A stretch of DNA of 64,000 nt from Promethearchaeota archaeon (lineage in GTDB: Archaea; Asgardarchaeota; Lokiarchaeia; Sigyniarchaeales; SOKP01): contig JALGVJ010000004.1 of the NCBI GenBank assembly GCA_029838195.1, forward strand, positions 160,001 through 224,000, given 5' to 3'. Made by a program: the position numbers and the translations under genes. This document shows positions 39,914-50,280 of the stretch, one piece after another (position 1 is the first letter of the stretch; every line of letters starts with the position of its first letter). Under the pieces are notes generated by a model that was given only the letters and a program-made list of their open reading frames with translations, was not told the DNA's origin and did no database searches.

Positions 39914-41542
39914 ATGAGCATTCATGGACCTCAATATATTTTACCCTTGTTCATGGACAAACAAAATAAATCTAACACTTTTAAAAACAACGAGGAGTTA
40001 ATTTTAGCATTTTATCTACTTACTAGAGAACTAGACGAAAATTCAAAATTAATCTCTTTCTCTCGCCTCCTATGGCCTTTTATGACCGTGCAAGGGATAA
40101 TAGGAAAGCACATTTTTTTAGATAGCCTCTTTGTATTAAATAAAGAAGGTAGGCTTACAAATCCTCCAAGACAACCTTTAATCGGTCACGTGTTGAGAAA
40201 TATTGAAAATAGGACTCAAATTGAGCAATTAGAAAGAATTATTGAAATCCTTACCTATAAAGATACAGAAGCCGAAGAGATTGGTAAGGGAGAAGAATCT
40301 GAATATCGTTCTTTAGTGATTGAAGGATTAGTATATCCGAGTTTTCTTAAAGCTCTTTCGGGCCTCCTTACTCTCATTGAATATCAACCAATTGATGATT
40401 ACATGCCTCTTGAGACGAATTTATCAGTAGAGAAAGCATTGGATATTGCTCAATTATATACTAATACCATCGAAGAAATGAGAGGAAACGCTCAACGATG
40501 GGACATGCAAGTTGAATTAATCCAAAAAAAAATTGATAAGATCCTCACGGATATAAATGTTGAGATAAAAGATGTAACAACACGTTATGATGCGAAAATA
40601 AAGAAAATCTCTGCTACTATTGATGATACCATGGCAGAAGAACAATTTAAAAAAGAAAGGGATAAAATCGACCAGTGGAAAACTAGCGAGAAAAAAAAAC
40701 TTATCGAAACTTTTTCTTTAACCTTCAAAAATCTTGAACTTTTCTTAGAAGAGATCATAAAAAATAATAAATTTTTTTGCAGTCTTGACCTCTTGAAAAC
40801 TAAACTCGTAGAAGACCTCATCATGGACTACCAAAATCATATAAATTATCTGGAGACAGAAGCAAAAAAATTCAAGCAAACTCTTGGTTCTATTAAAGAA
40901 AAATATCAAGAACTCAAAACTCTAATGGAACAAATTGAAAATGAAGCAAATAAAAAATTAGTGGAATTTAAAAATCAGTTAGATTCAAAAATACGAGAAA
41001 AGAATAAGCAGGTTACCGAAATAACGAATGAGAAAATAGATTTGATTAATAACTTAAATGCTTTAAAAACACGAATAGAAAATTTAGCTTCTAAAATTAA
41101 AGAAATCATTGCTAAAAAAAGAGAGACGTGTTTAAAAGAAGCAGAAGAATTAAAAGAATGGGCCTTGCCGGATGAAGTTTCTGACATTTTTTCACGACCT
41201 ATTCAATGGATATACATGTCCATTTATGTACTTTTTTATGAAAATCAAGGCGCACAGGAAGAAAAAATGAATATTATTTTTCCCGGCTATATAGATAATG
41301 AATCTAACACGTTGTACTTGCATTTTAGTGAAGAATTTGAAAATTTTAAGAAATTAATCTTAAATAAAATTGAAACAGATATAATTTTAAGATCAAATTT
41401 CGAGTTTTCTTGTGAAAACAAAAATTTCCTAAAAGATCCAAATTTTACTAAAAAAATTCAACAAGGACTCTCCAATTTGAGATATTTATTGCATGGAGAA
41501 CAAGAACATCACATTAGAAAAATGTTAAATTCTATCTCGTAA
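39914..41542 (+). CDS. Hypothetical protein with long central coiled coil flanked by globular ends
   Basis: About 250 aa of E/K-rich heptads between N-terminal (LLWPF, NPPRQPLIGH) and C-terminal (WIYMSIYV, IIFPG) segments; ATG 39914 preferred over TTG 39851. Confidence 0.75.
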   Translation: MSIHGPQYILPLFMDKQNKSNTFKNNEELILAFYLLTRELDENSKLISFSRLLWPFMTVQGIIGKHIFLDSLFVLNKEGRLTNPPRQPLIGHVLRNIENRTQIEQLERIIEILTYKDTEAEEIGKGEESEYRSLVIEGLVYPSFLKALSGLLTLIEYQPIDDYMPLETNLSVEKALDIAQLYTNTIEEMRGNAQRWDMQVELIQKKIDKILTDINVEIKDVTTRYDAKIKKISATIDDTMAEEQFKKERDKIDQWKTSEKKKLIETFSLTFKNLELFLEEIIKNNKFFCSLDLLKTKLVEDLIMDYQNHINYLETEAKKFKQTLGSIKEKYQELKTLMEQIENEANKKLVEFKNQLDSKIREKNKQVTEITNEKIDLINNLNALKTRIENLASKIKEIIAKKRETCLKEAEELKEWALPDEVSDIFSRPIQWIYMSIYVLFYENQGAQEEKMNIIFPGYIDNESNTLYLHFSEEFENFKKLILNKIETDIILRSNFEFSCENKNFLKDPNFTKKIQQGLSNLRYLLHGEQEHHIRKMLNSIS

Positions 41543-41559
41543 TACCTCCTACCAAGATC

Positions 41560-42240
41560 ATGTCAAATCATAGAGCCTCAAGATTAATTCTCAAAAAAAA
41601 TCGCATTCGGGCTTTTTTTGCCTCTCTTGAAAAAAAGGCAGAGAAAAAAATTAAATATGAATCTATCGAGGAACAAATTCTAAGAGAAGGCATGGTTTAC
41701 CGCCAAATGCGTCTTCCCGTGGAAAAAATTACTCCTGAATTCGAAGAAAAATTAAGAAAAAAAGTAGAAGAAAATTTTCTTCGCGCGAAAGTTAGACGGG
41801 TAGAAAGAGAATCAAAACATGATTTAAGAAGTGTGATGGATATTTATAATAAAGCATGGCTCACGGCATCCACTCCGTTTAGACCTTTAACTCTAGAAGC
41901 CTTAAAGAAAATTTATAGCGATCCTGATACGGTGATTTTAATCGCGCGCGTATATAACATGGATGTCGGCTTTGTGATTCTCGATTTTGAGGGAGAGAAT
42001 AAAGAGATTGGAGTTATAGCGGGATTGGGCGTTTTACCTCGATTTCAGCGCAAAGGACTCGGAACGGTCATTGGAATGGCCGCGTGGAATTTTTTTAAAG
42101 AAAAGGGAGTTAAAGAACTCAGATGTGAAGTATATAAAGATAATGTTGTTTCTTATTCATTCATAAAGAAAATTGGTTTCGAGGAATTCGGAGTTAAAGC
42201 GTACAAACCGGAGGATTTTGAAATAGAAGAACGAACATGA
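41560..42240 (+). CDS. GNAT family N-acetyltransferase
   Basis: LGVLPRFQRKGLGT acetyl-CoA motif, LRCEVYKDNVVSYSFIKKIGF. Confidence 0.9.
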   Translation: MSNHRASRLILKKNRIRAFFASLEKKAEKKIKYESIEEQILREGMVYRQMRLPVEKITPEFEEKLRKKVEENFLRAKVRRVERESKHDLRSVMDIYNKAWLTASTPFRPLTLEALKKIYSDPDTVILIARVYNMDVGFVILDFEGENKEIGVIAGLGVLPRFQRKGLGTVIGMAAWNFFKEKGVKELRCEVYKDNVVSYSFIKKIGFEEFGVKAYKPEDFEIEERT

Positions 42241-42300
42241 ATAATTTTTTAAAAAGAATTAATTGAAATATAAGAGAATTAGATAAATTTAAATAAAATT

Positions 42301-42957
42301 ATGGCAAATTCAAGGCTTAATTTAAAGAGAAGAAGAATCAGGAGCTTTTTTTTATTAGCTGATAAAGCAGAAACAACACGAGAAAAACTCCAAAATGAAT
42401 TAGAAACTAAAGGCCTTACTTATATTCAAATGAAACTTCCCGTGGCAGAAATCACGGCTGAATTGGAAAAAAAACTCAAGGAAAAAGTAGAAAAAAATAT
42501 TCTTAATGCGAAAATTCGAGAAGCAAGAGAAGAAGATTTAGAAAGTATAAGGGACATTCACAATCGGGCTTGGATGACGGCTGGAGAGCCATTCCGCCCA
42601 GTAACTTTAGATACTATAAAGAAAATCTACGATCATCCGGACACTCAAATTTTAATTGCCAAGGTATATGGAACAGATGCAGGATTTATCATATTAGATT
42701 TCGAGGGAGAAAATAAAGAGATCGGAGTAATCGCAGGGTTAGGCGTTTTACCTCGATTTCAAAGAAAAGGTCTTGGAACCGTAATCGGAATGGCGGCTTG
42801 GAATTATTTTAAGGAAAAAGGAGTGAAGGAGCTAAGGTGCGAGGTTCATGTAGACAATAAAGTTTCTTATAATTTCATTAAATCAATTGGATTTAGAGAA
42901 TATGATAGGAAAACTTATACTCGAGATGATTTTTTAATAGAAGAAGATGATGACTGA
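42301..42957 (+). CDS. GNAT family N-acetyltransferase (tandem paralog)
   Basis: LGVLPRFQRKGLGT, LRCEVHVDNKVSYNFIKSIGF. Confidence 0.9.
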   Translation: MANSRLNLKRRRIRSFFLLADKAETTREKLQNELETKGLTYIQMKLPVAEITAELEKKLKEKVEKNILNAKIREAREEDLESIRDIHNRAWMTAGEPFRPVTLDTIKKIYDHPDTQILIAKVYGTDAGFIILDFEGENKEIGVIAGLGVLPRFQRKGLGTVIGMAAWNYFKEKGVKELRCEVHVDNKVSYNFIKSIGFREYDRKTYTRDDFLIEEDDD

Positions 42958-42997
42958 ATAGATCATCCTTTTCCTAAGTACCATTCAAACGGAAGAT

Positions 42998-44434
42998 TTA
43001 ATCATCATTTAGATTCATTAAAGATGTGATTTTCTCTGTTAATAATCTTACATTAAACTCGTCTAACAATTCAGAATAATAACTCTTGGCTTTTTCAAAA
43101 TATGAAATAGCAAGGTCTGCTGAAATATCTAAATAAATGTCCCCTAGTATGTTTAATGTTTCAGCGCATTTTTTTAAATGATTTTTTTTTTCATAAATTT
43201 CCAATGCCTTATTATAATATTCAATAGCTTTTGATGAATCTTGTAAAATCTCGAAAAATAGAGTTCCTATATGGAAAATTATATTGGCTTGTTGAAGATC
43301 TTTCCCATATTTATATGAAATCTCGGCCGCGAGTTCATGATATTCAATAGCTTTGAAGAAATCTTTCTTTTTCTCATAAAAATTACCTAACGACTCTAAT
43401 ATCATGCTTTCTTTAATATCTTCCCCAATCTCCAAGATTCTCACGGCTTCTAAGCTTCTAAAGAGAAAATCTTCCGCAGCGTTAAAATCATTTAATTCAG
43501 AATGGATTTTTCCTAAAAGAAAATAACATTCCCATGCTAATTGAGCCTTAATGATTCGGTAAGATTTAGCATCGTTAATTTTCTCAATTAATTTCTCAGC
43601 AGTATTTAACTCTTCTAAAGCAAGGTCATAATAATGCTTTCCCCATTCATAATATAATTTACCCATTTTCGTATGCGTATGAATGATTCCAAATAAATCC
43701 CTTTCACTTTTAAAATAATAAAGATTTCTTTCTAAAATTTGCTTTATTTTATCATGTTCTTTTAATTCAAATAATACATCGATTAAATTACTGGAAGTCT
43801 TGATTTCTAAAGAGTGAAAACCATGTTTTCTTGCTAATTCCAACGCTTTAGAGTAATAGTCATGAGATTTTTCAATTTCTTCTAGTATGAAATAGATATT
43901 TCCTAGATTATTATAGACTTGAATGATTTTTTCAATTTCATTTAATTTTTTTAATATATCCGCAGAATTATTAAAAAACAAAATAGCTTGATCGAAAAAT
44001 CCCATTTCCTCGTGAATAATACCTAATTCATTAAATACAATCGCAATTTTTAAAAGATTATTTTCTTGAGTATAATTATCGAGGGCTAGATTTAAAACCT
44101 TAACAGCCGCATCTAAATCTCTTTTTTTATAATATAAAGCGGATTTTTCAAGAAGCAATTCACTAATTGACTCTCCTAATTCAATTTTCCGTTCGATAAG
44201 TGTGTCTATTTCTTGAATTCTGTTGTCAATTTCAGGATTTTCTATAATTGTAAAATCCATTACATCTTTTTCCCAATATTCTCCAATAGAGGGTTGAGCA
44301 TCATTAAAAGCATCTTGCTTTTGCATTAATGAATGAGATTTTCCTTGAATTCGCGATAATAATGGTTTATTACAATTAGGACAATAAAGAGAATCTGACG
44401 GTATTAGATTTTTACAATATGGACAAGGTTTCAT
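42998..44434 (-). CDS. Zinc-ribbon + tetratricopeptide repeat protein
   Basis: CPYC...CPNC at the N-terminus; multiple TPRs (FNELGIIH, YNNLGNIY, AIEYYNKALEI). Confidence 0.88.
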   Translation of the reverse strand: MKPCPYCKNLIPSDSLYCPNCNKPLLSRIQGKSHSLMQKQDAFNDAQPSIGEYWEKDVMDFTIIENPEIDNRIQEIDTLIERKIELGESISELLLEKSALYYKKRDLDAAVKVLNLALDNYTQENNLLKIAIVFNELGIIHEEMGFFDQAILFFNNSADILKKLNEIEKIIQVYNNLGNIYFILEEIEKSHDYYSKALELARKHGFHSLEIKTSSNLIDVLFELKEHDKIKQILERNLYYFKSERDLFGIIHTHTKMGKLYYEWGKHYYDLALEELNTAEKLIEKINDAKSYRIIKAQLAWECYFLLGKIHSELNDFNAAEDFLFRSLEAVRILEIGEDIKESMILESLGNFYEKKKDFFKAIEYHELAAEISYKYGKDLQQANIIFHIGTLFFEILQDSSKAIEYYNKALEIYEKKNHLKKCAETLNILGDIYLDISADLAISYFEKAKSYYSELLDEFNVRLLTEKITSLMNLNDD

Positions 44435-44522
44435 GGCATAATAATGTTTTTATTATTTATTCTCTAAGATTTTTTTAGTATTAAGCAAATAAAAACTCAA
44501 GTTTTTAAATGAAAAGATTTTT

Positions 44523-45428
44523 CTATTGCTCATTTAATTCTTTTTGAATATCTTGTTCCTTAAGACCCAATGATTGCAATAAAATGGTTAATTGAATAAT
44601 GGCATTTTTTGCATTAATTTTTTTTGCTAGTTTTAAGGCTTTTATGAATTCATCCTTTGCAGCTTTAATTTGTCCCATGTAAAACAAGGATTCTCCTACT
44701 AAACTTAATCCTTTTAAAATATATTCGGCAAGATTAGCTTCTTCCGCTTTTTTAATTGCTTTTTTAAAGAGAGTTAAGGCACTATCGTGTTTCTTATATT
44801 TTTTATTTATTATTCCTAAATTTAATAATGATACAATGATTCCTTTTTGGTCCTTTAATTGCTGATAAGCTTTTAAAGTTTTTCTATATAATTCCTCTAC
44901 AACTTCCCAATTTTCTTGTGTTTCATGAATGGTAATTAAATTAGCTAGACAATCTAATAATCCATGAATATCTTCATGGTCAGAACAAATAGAACTGCAC
45001 TCAATAAAGACGTCAGTTGCCTCATCATATTTCTTCAGTTTAAAATAATTTAAACCGATCATCTTTAAACACGTGGTCATTTCTTGATATTGATGAAGTT
45101 CTTTATAAATTTTCAGAGCTTCCTCACATGCTTCTATTGATTTTTCATTGTCTCCTTTTTTATATAATAGCGTACCAAGGAGTCCAAGAGAAGCAGAAAT
45201 TCCTAATCTATCTTTCTGCTTTTTAAAATGGGTTAAACAAATGGATAGATTTTTTTCTGCTTCTTCAAATTCACCAATTTCTATTTGTAATAATGCCAAA
45301 TCACTTAATTCTTGGATATAAATGGAAGTTTTTCCTTTTTTTTCCAAGTCTTTTAATTGTTCTTTTTTTTGTTTAATTAATTTTTCAATCTCTTCTCTTG
45401 TTAATTCTACATCCTTTTGAACAATAAT
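44523..45428 (-). CDS. Tetratricopeptide repeat protein; inferred ATT start at 45428
   Basis: About 40-aa TPR units (LGLLGTLLYKKGD, LLNLGIINKK); frame extends 27 codons upstream of TTG 45347 to ATT preceded by AGGTGA. Confidence 0.82.
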   Translation of the reverse strand: MIVQKDVELTREEIEKLIKQKKEQLKDLEKKGKTSIYIQELSDLALLQIEIGEFEEAEKNLSICLTHFKKQKDRLGISASLGLLGTLLYKKGDNEKSIEACEEALKIYKELHQYQEMTTCLKMIGLNYFKLKKYDEATDVFIECSSICSDHEDIHGLLDCLANLITIHETQENWEVVEELYRKTLKAYQQLKDQKGIIVSLLNLGIINKKYKKHDSALTLFKKAIKKAEEANLAEYILKGLSLVGESLFYMGQIKAAKDEFIKALKLAKKINAKNAIIQLTILLQSLGLKEQDIQKELNEQ

Positions 45429-45709
45429 AGAAAGAGCTCACCTTTTTTCACTAATCATCTATCTAAAACTAATACTATAAATTAAAATTAGCTATTTTAC
45501 ATGATAATATTTAATTGGACATGTTTCTTCCATTAGAGAGGAGAAAATGGTAAAAATGAGAAAAATATTAAATAATACCTCTCTTTGAACCCCAAAAAGA
45601 GATTAGTATAAAACATCTGGTAATATTATTAATCTTAGAGAAAAATTATAAAAATATTCATCTATTTTAGCTATTGGAAAAAAGAAAACTAAATTAGAAG
45701 GGAAAAACC

Positions 45710-46822
45710 ATGAAACATCTGGCAAGATTATGGGATAAAATTGATGACAATAAAGTTAAATGTCATGTATGCGCTAATGAATGCTTAATAACTCCGGGTA
45801 ATGTTGGGATTTGTAGGACTCGGAAAAATTTTGATGGAAAATTGTTCACTTTGATTTATGGTTCTTTAATTTCTTCAGGAAGCATAGATCCTATTGAAAA
45901 AAAACCTCTTTATAATTTCTGGCCAGGAGCAACGGCTTATTCAATCGCCTCTATTGGATGCTCCTTCCGTTGCGCAAATTGCCAAAATTGGTCTATTAGT
46001 CAAGCAAGTCCTTCCGACAACGGAAAAAATGGTTTTTACACATTAGAGGGGTTAGAAAATCGAAGAATGTCCTTAATAGAATTAAGTCCAGAAGAATTAG
46101 TAAAAAGGGTCGTGAAAAGTAAGGCAAAAACCTTAGCCTACACGTATAATGAGCCTTTAATTTGGCATGAATGGATTTTAGACGTTACACCCTTATTAAA
46201 GAGGGAAAATATAAAATCTATTTTGGTTACAAATGGATATTCTACGCCTGAAGCCTCAAAAGAGTTAATAGAAGTGGGGATTGATGCCGCAAATATAGAT
46301 GTTAAATCAATGTCTGATACGTTTTATAAAAAGATATGTGGTGTCAAATCTGTTAAACCCGTATTGGAAACAGCAAAAAGGTTTAAAGAATACGGAATTC
46401 ACGTGGAAATAACCAATTTAATCATCCCGGACTTGAACGACAAGAAAGAAGAGATTAAACAATTATGTGATTGGGTGGTAAATAATTTAGGAAAGGACAC
46501 TCCGGTACATTTTTCGGCATATCATCCTGATTTCAAAATGCCTTCAAGAAAAAGAACATCTTATCGCACTCTTGATATGGCTTATAATATCGCAAGAGAA
46601 GCTGGCTTATATTTTCCTTATATAGGAAACATACACCATGAAAAAGGAAGTAATACCTACTGTCCTCAATGCAATCACTTACTCATTGGAAGAGAAGGAT
46701 ATAGTTTTACCAAAATTGATATTACAGAGGATAAGAAATGTCCAAATTGTGGATATAGCTTAGAAAATGCAATAATTGGTGAAATAAATAAAAATCGCAA
46801 GGATAGATTTGCCTTTTTTTAA
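45710..46822 (+). CDS. amrS: AmmeMemoRadiSam system radical SAM enzyme
   Basis: CHVCANEC, DPIEKKPLYNF, CSFRCANCQNW, AYTYNEP, AANIDVKS, HVEITNLIIP, YIGNI, TYCPQC. Confidence 0.92.
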   Translation: MKHLARLWDKIDDNKVKCHVCANECLITPGNVGICRTRKNFDGKLFTLIYGSLISSGSIDPIEKKPLYNFWPGATAYSIASIGCSFRCANCQNWSISQASPSDNGKNGFYTLEGLENRRMSLIELSPEELVKRVVKSKAKTLAYTYNEPLIWHEWILDVTPLLKRENIKSILVTNGYSTPEASKELIEVGIDAANIDVKSMSDTFYKKICGVKSVKPVLETAKRFKEYGIHVEITNLIIPDLNDKKEEIKQLCDWVVNNLGKDTPVHFSAYHPDFKMPSRKRTSYRTLDMAYNIAREAGLYFPYIGNIHHEKGSNTYCPQCNHLLIGREGYSFTKIDITEDKKCPNCGYSLENAIIGEINKNRKDRFAFF

Positions 46823-46873
46823 AGAAAAAAGAAAAAATAGTTTTAAAATAAAAGATTTAAGATTTATTTGTTC

Positions 46874-47527
46874 TTAAACCAGCGAAACACCATATATTAA
46901 TAGAGCAAATCCTTGTACGAAACAAAATCCAGCAACAATTAAAGCAAAGGGTGGAAAAGAGAGAATTTTAGACACGAACATCACGCCAGTTAAATAAAAT
47001 TTCACCGTGAGCCCTATAATCGTAAAGATGATGAAAAAAATAACGATTAACACGATTTTAGGATCAATATAATTCTCTATTAAAGCAACGGCTGAATCTG
47101 GTATGAGGAACGCAATTGCTATTGTTACACCACCCGCAACAAGAAAACCAATGATACTGGGAATGGGCAAATCATTTAAGGGTTTCATTAACGTTAAAAT
47201 GCCTAAAACAATTAGAAATATGGATGTAAAATAATTTCGTTCATTTGCCGTTTGAGTCTGATAAGCTATACTAGGAGCGATATTAAGGATTAATCCGGCA
47301 ACCCCTGAAATAATACAAAATAACCCAGCAAAAAATCCTAAAGCGGTTAAAAATTTCAAAAAGGCCGTGATATTAAAGTCCCATTCCTCAACTTTTGTTA
47401 ATTTTCGCCATGATTTTCTTCTACTTGCCTCATAAAAAGCAAAAATTAGCCAAAAAACACCAAGAATAATGACAAATAATCCCGCTAATTGGCCAAGCGG
47501 AATTAAGAATTGATCAGTTATCGCCAT
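46874..47527 (-). CDS. Hypothetical polytopic membrane protein
   Basis: About six hydrophobic helices; ATG 47527 preferred over GTG 47536. Confidence 0.72.
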   Translation of the reverse strand: MAITDQFLIPLGQLAGLFVIILGVFWLIFAFYEASRRKSWRKLTKVEEWDFNITAFLKFLTALGFFAGLFCIISGVAGLILNIAPSIAYQTQTANERNYFTSIFLIVLGILTLMKPLNDLPIPSIIGFLVAGGVTIAIAFLIPDSAVALIENYIDPKIVLIVIFFIIFTIIGLTVKFYLTGVMFVSKILSFPPFALIVAGFCFVQGFALLIYGVSLV

Positions 47528-47664
47528 GATATTCACATCTTTATTTTTAAATTTATATTAATCATTAAAATGGAATTATTTAAAGTTAATATTATAATGT
47601 ACTTGTAGTATAAAAAAATATTGTAGTCCAAAAATTTTCGAATGTAAAATAAGAAAATTAAAAA

Positions 47665-49344
47665 TTAAATAAAGGCGATAGTCTTCTTGATATAATCCAA
47701 GTATGTATTAATTTCTTGATTTTTTTTTTTTTCATTCCACCCATATTCCTTAGCCATGATATCTGCAACTATTCTTGCTGCTTTTTCTTGCTTTCTATGG
47801 TCGATGAAAATTGCCATTTCAGTACGCCTACAGAATACATCGATCAGATGAAGCGTGAGTTCATAACGGAGAGTGTAAACAATTTCAGCTTTAATAAAAT
47901 AATAATCCTCTAAAATTTTCTCAGAAAGGTGAGGATTTTCTTGAATGATTTCTAATATTTTCAAGGCTCCTCTTCTATATTGTTGAAAAAGATGATTAGA
48001 GATTTTCTCATCCAATTCAAATCCACTTTCTTCAAGAGCCATTAGCCAATCTTCTTTTTCTATCATGATAATGAATTTTTGTTTTGAAAAGCCTTTTTCT
48101 CTATGAATGTTAGGAAAAATGTCTTTTTTTTCCACCTCCTCAAAAAGATCCTCTGCCATTGCTCGCCATTCGGTCAATTTTCCTCCAGTGATTGTCAAAA
48201 GCCCATCATCAGAGAAAAATATTACATGCTTTCGAGAAACCTCACTCTCTGATTTCCCTTTTTGCATTACTAAAGGACGAATCCCCGCATAAGTAGAGAG
48301 AATATTATCATAATCCAATTCTGCATTTGGAAAATAATATTTTACCGATTTTATTAGATAATCAGCATCTTTTTTCGTACAAAAAGGACTTGATAAATCT
48401 CCTTCATAATCCGTATCTGTAGTTCCGATAATGGTGAAATCATCATTGCGAGGAAGTACAAAAAATGATCTATCGTCGGTTATAGAACTGATAATCGTTG
48501 CCATTCTATTTTTCACATGTTTTCTTAGAAATTGAACGTGCACTCCTTTTGTTGGTCGAATAAGAGGTTTGGGAATATTTTCAGGATAATTTCTTAGTAA
48601 TTGATCTGTCCATATGCCAGTGGCGCTTACGATTAATTTGCCTTTTATAATAACTTCCATGTTATTTTCGAGATCTTCACATTTTACCCCAATAATCTTT
48701 CCATTTTCTATTATATAATCCATAACCTTGCAATAATTAATTATATCCGCCCCTCTTACAACTGCTTCTTTTAGGATTTCAAGAGTCAATCTTGCATCAT
48801 CTACATTGCAATCATAATATACTACTCCCCCTTTGACTCCTTCTTGAATAAATTCTGGTTCCATCTCGTGAATTTTTTCGGCTGAATACCATTTATATTT
48901 CTTATAATTCTTGAATTCTTGACCATTATCACTTAAATAATCATAAATTTTACACGCTCCAGTGATATCTCTTCTTTTATACTTACCGCCTTCGATTTCG
49001 GCAAATAAAAAAGGGATGGGTCGGACTGTCGGGCAATGATGACGCATCCAATTTCGCTCGGTCGTAGCAGTTTTTACTAAATCCATTTCTCCGTAAGCCA
49101 AGTATCTAATTCCCCCATGAGCTAATTTAGAGCTTCGAGAAGATGTGCCTGCCGCAAAGTCTTGCATTTCAACTAGAGCAACTTTTAGATCTCGCATAGC
49201 TGCTTCTCGAGCTACTCCTGCTCCAGTGACTCCGCCTCCAATTATAATTAAATCGTAATAAGTAGACTGGAGTTTTTCAATTATATCATTTCTTGCAAAA
49301 TTATTCCAAGATATATCAAATATTTTACGTTCCAATTCGCTCAA
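47665..49344 (-). CDS. glpD: FAD-dependent glycerol-3-phosphate dehydrogenase/oxidase (GlpD/GlpA family)
   Basis: DLIIIGGGVTGAG, DFAAGTSSRSSKLAHGGIRYL, DDARL, RPTKGVH, IGTTD, YAGIRPL, SRKH, TGGKLT, RRTE. Confidence 0.93.
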   Translation of the reverse strand: MSELERKIFDISWNNFARNDIIEKLQSTYYDLIIIGGGVTGAGVAREAAMRDLKVALVEMQDFAAGTSSRSSKLAHGGIRYLAYGEMDLVKTATTERNWMRHHCPTVRPIPFLFAEIEGGKYKRRDITGACKIYDYLSDNGQEFKNYKKYKWYSAEKIHEMEPEFIQEGVKGGVVYYDCNVDDARLTLEILKEAVVRGADIINYCKVMDYIIENGKIIGVKCEDLENNMEVIIKGKLIVSATGIWTDQLLRNYPENIPKPLIRPTKGVHVQFLRKHVKNRMATIISSITDDRSFFVLPRNDDFTIIGTTDTDYEGDLSSPFCTKKDADYLIKSVKYYFPNAELDYDNILSTYAGIRPLVMQKGKSESEVSRKHVIFFSDDGLLTITGGKLTEWRAMAEDLFEEVEKKDIFPNIHREKGFSKQKFIIMIEKEDWLMALEESGFELDEKISNHLFQQYRRGALKILEIIQENPHLSEKILEDYYFIKAEIVYTLRYELTLHLIDVFCRRTEMAIFIDHRKQEKAARIVADIMAKEYGWNEKKKNQEINTYLDYIKKTIAFI

Positions 49345-49434
49345 TTATTCATCACTCTTAAAGGTTTTAGAATAATAATTTAAAAGGAATATAAAAGTTA
49401 AGTGTTTATATTTTTTCATGAAAACCACATGGTT

Positions 49435-50244
49435 TTATTTTGAAATTAAAAATTTGCGTTTAGATAAACGAATTCCAACATAAGAAATTGAAAAAGAAAC
49501 GAAAAAAGCAAAAGGTAAGTTAGCAATAATGATATAGGCAAATAGAGGGGTGGTAGAGAAAAAATAAAGAGAAATAATGAGAATCACTAAAAAAAACGAG
49601 CTAATAAATGTAATTTTTAAATGCCCTATTAGGAAACCTAAAATGAAGTTAGGAACGGTAAAAATTATAAGAATATTCGCAATGGCTAAAACCACTAATG
49701 CTGGCATGAACATGGTGAAAATTTCTAATTGGCTATATAATAATTGATCTAGCTGAAAAAGAGAATATAAAAATTGGGTGGTATTAAGAGAAATAAATAA
49801 TAAAAAGTATGATAAAGGGGCTACAATTAACCAAGAGAAAATTACCCTTTTTTTCATGGATGGCTGTTTTTTACCTTTTAAAGAGTTAGCAACTATTTTA
49901 TTCATTAAAACAGGATCAATTTTATTCACGTCATATTCAGGTGAATATTCGTCAATAAAATCTAATAATATCGTCTTTAAAATTTTATTAAGAAGGATAT
50001 TATTATCTTTCGAATTTGCAATCATTGCGCCCAAAAGACCTTCTCGACTCATTGAAATAATTATTAATTTTTTATTTTCACCCAAATCGAGATAATTAAT
50101 AACGCTATTTAAGGCCTCCCGAGAAAAATTTGTAATAGAGGAGAAGAATCCTATCAGTAAATTACTGTCAAATACGCTTTCTGTTAACAACTTTTCATAT
50201 AATAGAACACCATTTTCATTTAAAATATAAATGCTTTCTATCAC
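49435..50244 (-). CDS. Longin-like N-terminal domain fused to four TM helices
   Basis: MIESIYILNENGVLLYEK...DSNLLIGFFSSITNFSRE is a longin/sigma-adaptin-like start; C-terminal half hydrophobic. Confidence 0.72.
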   Translation of the reverse strand: MIESIYILNENGVLLYEKLLTESVFDSNLLIGFFSSITNFSREALNSVINYLDLGENKKLIIISMSREGLLGAMIANSKDNNILLNKILKTILLDFIDEYSPEYDVNKIDPVLMNKIVANSLKGKKQPSMKKRVIFSWLIVAPLSYFLLFISLNTTQFLYSLFQLDQLLYSQLEIFTMFMPALVVLAIANILIIFTVPNFILGFLIGHLKITFISSFFLVILIISLYFFSTTPLFAYIIIANLPFAFFVSFSISYVGIRLSKRKFLISK

Positions 50245-50280
50245 GAATCTTCACATTTTTTTGTTAGTCATGCCATGCTA

